Positions 60,651 through 64,000 of a stretch of 64,000 nucleotides of DNA are shown piece after piece. The notes under the pieces were generated by a model. That model did not search any database. It saw only the letters and a list, made by a program, of their open reading frames with translations, and had not been told where the DNA came from. The first letter of the stretch is position 1, and each line of letters starts with the position of its first letter. This DNA comes from Candidatus Parcubacteria bacterium (lineage in GTDB: Bacteria; Patescibacteriota; Minisyncoccia; UBA6257; HR35). The stretch is from NCBI GenBank assembly GCA_026004495.1, contig BPJG01000001.1:560527-624526 (forward strand), in the 5' to 3' direction. The position numbers and the translations under genes were made by a program.

Positions 60651-61970
60651 TTAATACCATTTATTAATAATAAGATTTTTAAATTTTTTAAAATTATTTT
60701 CTTTTATAGATTTTCTTATCTGCTTAAATAAGTTTAAAATCCAAAAAACATTATGTTCAGTTAAAAGCATAATTCCATAAATTTCTTTTTCACGCAGTAA
60801 GTGGCAAATATAAGATCGGGGATATTTTTGACAAATTTGACATTGGCATTTTAAATCAATTGGTTTTCTATCTGTTAAATATTTACTTGATTTTAAATTT
60901 ATTCTACCCTGAAAACTAAATCCAGTTCCATGCCTTGCCCATCTTGTTGGAATAACGCAGTCAAATAAATCAATTCCTTGTTCAATGGCATTAAAAATAT
61001 CATCAATTTCACCGATACCTAATAGATGCCTTGGTTTGTTTTCATAAAGATAAGGTAATGTCCAATTTAAAACTTTAATAATATCTTTTTTACTTTTGCC
61101 TAAACTGCCACCAATGCCAAAACCAAAGAAGGGAAGTGAATTAACAAATTTAGCTGATTCTTTTCTTAAATCTTCATATTCTCCTCCTTGAACAATTCCA
61201 AATAAAACTTGTTTTTTAGTTGTACTGAATTCATCTAAACATTTTATTGCCCATTGGTGGGTACGTTTTAATGCTTTTTTAGTATATTCATAGGTTGAAA
61301 GTGGAGAAGTGCATTCATCAAAAGCAAAAATAATATCAGCGCCTAAAATTTTTTGAACCTTAATTGAAATTTCAGGAGATAAAAATAATTTTTGGCCATT
61401 ATAGGGATCAATAAACTCAACTCCATCATCATAAACTTTGACTAAATTCTTATTATTCACGGATTTTTTCGGACTTAACATGGACTGTTCGGACTTATTG
61501 CCTTTTCTGTTCTGTCCGTTCTTAGTCTGCGTATAGCTCCTAACCAGAACAAAGTTCGGTTTGGGGTCGGACAGCGTGCTTTGTTCTACTGCCCGATCTG
61601 CGTTAATCTGCTTTTCTTCAGGAAATATATCTGCAACCTTTCCAACTTTATGTTCCATTCCAAATCCTAAGCTAAAAATCTGAAAACCACCACTGTCAGT
61701 CATCAATGGATAATTAATATTTAAAAATTTATGCAACCCACCAAATTTTTGAACAATTTTATATCTCTCCTGACGAAAAAAATGAAAAGTATTAACCATA
61801 AAAATTTCAGCACCAAATTTTCTGGCTTGTTCAAAACTTAAGCCTCTAATACTTCCCTTAGTAGCAACAATGGCTAAATTAGGGGTATGAATGATTCCGT
61901 GAGGAGTTTTTAGAATCCCTAATCTTGCTTTACTTCTTTTATCTTTTGTTAGTATCTTAAATCTAAACAT
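60651..61970 (-). CDS. tgt: queuine tRNA-ribosyltransferase Tgt carrying an in-frame insertion of about 65 aa
   Basis: N-terminus ...LTDSGGFQIFSLG..., and C-terminal zinc site CxCxxC...H (CQCQICQKY...H). The insertion MEHKVGKV...SVNNKNL lies between FSLG and VYDDGVEF, which are adjacent in canonical Tgt. Confidence 0.85.
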   Translation of the reverse strand: MFRFKILTKDKRSKARLGILKTPHGIIHTPNLAIVATKGSIRGLSFEQARKFGAEIFMVNTFHFFRQERYKIVQKFGGLHKFLNINYPLMTDSGGFQIFSLGFGMEHKVGKVADIFPEEKQINADRAVEQSTLSDPKPNFVLVRSYTQTKNGQNRKGNKSEQSMLSPKKSVNNKNLVKVYDDGVEFIDPYNGQKLFLSPEISIKVQKILGADIIFAFDECTSPLSTYEYTKKALKRTHQWAIKCLDEFSTTKKQVLFGIVQGGEYEDLRKESAKFVNSLPFFGFGIGGSLGKSKKDIIKVLNWTLPYLYENKPRHLLGIGEIDDIFNAIEQGIDLFDCVIPTRWARHGTGFSFQGRINLKSSKYLTDRKPIDLKCQCQICQKYPRSYICHLLREKEIYGIMLLTEHNVFWILNLFKQIRKSIKENNFKKFKNLIINKWY

Positions 61971-62013
61971 CTAATTTTTTATAAAAATATTTATATTATT
62001 TTATAATTATACT

Positions 62014-64000
62014 ATGGACGGTAATTTTAACCTCGAAAAGTTACATGAAGAAGCATTAATAGTAAATGAAGAGGTTAATAAAAGAGCTTGGAAAGGACCG
62101 CAAGATTCTCTTTCAAAAATTGCTGAAGAAATAATAAAGAATTTGGAAAATCTGGAAAAAGAAAAATCTCAAGATCAAATATCACTATTAAAAGTAAAAC
62201 CTATTTTTGGATTACCAACTGAAATAAAAGAAGATTTTTATAAATTTTATGAAGCAGTTGATAACTTAGATAATAATAAAATAAAATATTATGAAGAAAT
62301 AAAAGAAAATTTTTTTAATAAACTTATTAAATTAGATGAAATTATTAAAAAAGGAAATGGGGAATTGATAAAAAAGAAAAAACAAATAGAAATATTACAA
62401 GAAAGTCTTTTTAAATTCGATCCATTTAGCTTTATCTTTAAACATCATAAATATTTTGATTTTGATAAGGAATTCTCTGTTTTAAAAAATTTTTCAAGTT
62501 TAACCAGCCATAAATTTAAATTTATTTTTTTAAAAAATTATAGAAATCAAATTAATCAAGAGATAGAGAAAAAAATTGAGGAATATCGAAAGCAAGAAAT
62601 AGAAATTAAAAAAAATTTAGTTGAAGAGTTTAATAAAACTAAACAAGATATTTTAGAATTTATTCAAAATATTCAAAAAAATTTAAATAATTTAAGTATA
62701 TTTTTAAGCAATCCTGAAAAAGAAATTATATCTTTTTTAACCGCTACCCTACCAATAGCTTTGGCAATTAAGGAATTTGGACTTAAAAATTATTCTCAAC
62801 TTGTAGAAGTTTTTAATAGTTTAAAAGATAATTATGAAATACTTAAGGATAATCATAAGTTAATAATAGATTCCTTAGATGAACTTAATTGTCGAATTAC
62901 AAGTATATTTGAAGATGGAAGTAGAGTTATAAATTCTTTTTTGAAAGATTGCTTAGAACATGACATAGGATTATCTGTAATATTTAATATGTTAACCACT
63001 TATAGAAAAGGATTTAATATACCAATGGTGTATGGCGAGACAGAACTTAAACAAAGTAATCTTTCAAATTTATCTTCTGAAGAAATAAATAAAATTTTTG
63101 GATTTCCTTTATCTCTTGGTCGAATATATGAAATTATGGGATACCCTACAGAAGAAGAATTAAATGATTTTGAAATAAAGATAAAAGAAATTAGAAATAA
63201 ATTTAGTAAAATATTAGATTTGCCAGAAGAATCTTTATTAAAAAATTTATTAAGTAAAATTAATAAAATTAGAAAAAAATTAGAAATCTTTAGAGATTTT
63301 GAAACCAATCTTAGACAATCACTCTTAACTCATGCTACATTTTGGCAAGGTTTTTTAAAAATTTTAGAAGAACGAAAATTAGCATCACAAACTTCTCAGC
63401 AAGAAACAGGTAAGGAACCTACTAAGGGGCCTACTATTTTAGTTAGGGGTGGTGCTATAAATACAGGAGTTGAACAATATAAGCCTGGTTTATGGTTTGG
63501 TATAAATGGAGTTGAACCTTATGGTGCCTTTGTATTTATTTTTCCCACTGCTTTTGTTATAAGAGGCAAAAAATTTGTTATTCTTCCTAGTACAAAAGCA
63601 GACAGAGAAGGTAGATTTCTTGAAATGGGAGTTTACAGCGAAGGATATAGCCTCGAAAGTCCTAAGGGTATTGAAATTAGTATTAATGATTCCCTTATAT
63701 TATGCCCTCAATTATTAGAAACAGAAGTTAGAGATGAATTAAAAAAAATAGGCTATAATGATGAATGGATAAGTGAGCATATAGTTTTTTATGAGATTTC
63801 AGAATATTATATAGATAAAATTTGGAGTTGTATTCCAATTCCAATAGAAGATTTATCTCATAAAAAATATACCGACGAAGAAAAAATAGAAAAAATTAAA
63901 CAAGTACTTATGTGTTCGGACCAAAAAGAATATATAGAAATGGGAGGTAATAAAATTAATGGTATTTTAGCTGAAATAGCTTCTGGAGTCTTAAAAACTT
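62014..64000 (+). CDS. large hypothetical protein, 3'-truncated by the window edge (at least 662 aa)
   Basis: Uninterrupted reading frame from ATG 62014 to the window end (MDGNFNLEKLHEEALIVNEEVNKRAWKGP...). It is absent from the ORF track, presumably because there is no stop inside the window. Lys/Glu/Asn-rich with no recognised motifs. Confidence 0.5.
   Translation, partial: MDGNFNLEKLHEEALIVNEEVNKRAWKGPQDSLSKIAEEIIKNLENLEKEKSQDQISLLKVKPIFGLPTEIKEDFYKFYEAVDNLDNNKIKYYEEIKENFFNKLIKLDEIIKKGNGELIKKKKQIEILQESLFKFDPFSFIFKHHKYFDFDKEFSVLKNFSSLTSHKFKFIFLKNYRNQINQEIEKKIEEYRKQEIEIKKNLVEEFNKTKQDILEFIQNIQKNLNNLSIFLSNPEKEIISFLTATLPIALAIKEFGLKNYSQLVEVFNSLKDNYEILKDNHKLIIDSLDELNCRITSIFEDGSRVINSFLKDCLEHDIGLSVIFNMLTTYRKGFNIPMVYGETELKQSNLSNLSSEEINKIFGFPLSLGRIYEIMGYPTEEELNDFEIKIKEIRNKFSKILDLPEESLLKNLLSKINKIRKKLEIFRDFETNLRQSLLTHATFWQGFLKILEERKLASQTSQQETGKEPTKGPTILVRGGAINTGVEQYKPGLWFGINGVEPYGAFVFIFPTAFVIRGKKFVILPSTKADREGRFLEMGVYSEGYSLESPKGIEISINDSLILCPQLLETEVRDELKKIGYNDEWISEHIVFYEISEYYIDKIWSCIPIPIEDLSHKKYTDEEKIEKIKQVLMCSDQKEYIEMGGNKINGILAEIASGVLKT

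Noticed and set aside
63000-63308. Minus-strand 102-aa ORF
   Set aside because: It is fully embedded antisense in the 662-codon-plus open frame that starts at 62014.

Overview
This 64-kb window is a very AT-rich (roughly 28-30% GC), gene-dense bacterial fragment with small overlapping genes. A number of features point to a streamlined Candidate-Phyla-Radiation/Patescibacteria-like genome, but that is an inference: L30 is absent between S5 and L15, GlyRS is the dimeric glyQS type, AspRS is short and archaeal-like, and there are many small secreted or anchored 'pilin-like' proteins plus ComEC. The genetic code looks standard, since TGA is a stop at ATGA gene overlaps and no conserved gene contains an in-frame TGA. 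The recognisable core genes are:
- Ribosomal proteins: L33 at 492-653; a large r-protein operon L2-S19-L22-S3-L16-L29-S17-L14-L24-L5-S14(Z)-S8-L6-L18-S5-L15 followed by secY at 16.2-24.2 kb; L9; S18.
- Translation and tRNA modification: aspS, glyQS, pheST, dtd, tgt, truB.
- Seven tRNAs: Thr-UGU, Arg-CCU, and a minus-strand cluster of Ser-UGA, Ser-GCU, Thr-GGU, Tyr-GUA and Leu-UAA.
- Replication, secretion and chaperones: dnaB, secA, groES/groEL, a clpB-secE pair.
- DNA repair and proteolysis: recO, recR, ctp (S41), pepA.
- Membrane lipid and nucleotide metabolism: dgkA, nrnA.
- Cell wall and division: murB and the start of a division/cell-wall cluster mraZ-rsmH-ftsL-ftsI.
- Surface, transport and uptake: mscS, a comEC split into two ORFs, SBP-like proteins, and several surface/membrane hypotheticals.
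The unusual items are:
- A GC-rich (about 55-60% GC) single-gene cassette at 2185-2889. It encodes a collagen-like, proline-rich membrane protein, is driven by a perfect TTGACA-17-TATAAT promoter overlapped by a 15-bp palindrome, and ends in a GC hairpin terminator.
- Paralogous small two-TM 'pilin-like' proteins next to a split ComEC, and a third paralog fused to a putative M15-type peptidoglycan peptidase.
- A secreted Tyr/Gly tandem-repeat protein whose reading frame runs through a single in-frame TGA.
- Two long ORF-free gaps (about 1.3 kb and 1.7 kb).
- A 10-bp-phased GTGG-repeat array, which doubles as DnaA-box matches, directly upstream of mraZ.
- A non-CIRCE inverted repeat in front of groES.
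- A TruB-acylphosphatase fusion, a Tgt with a compositionally odd in-frame insertion of about 65 aa, and an L24 with a Cys4 zinc ribbon.
The ORF track omits several real features: L33, SecE's context, the tRNAs, a small-membrane-protein ORF, and a long ORF (more than 660 aa) that runs off the 3' end of the window.
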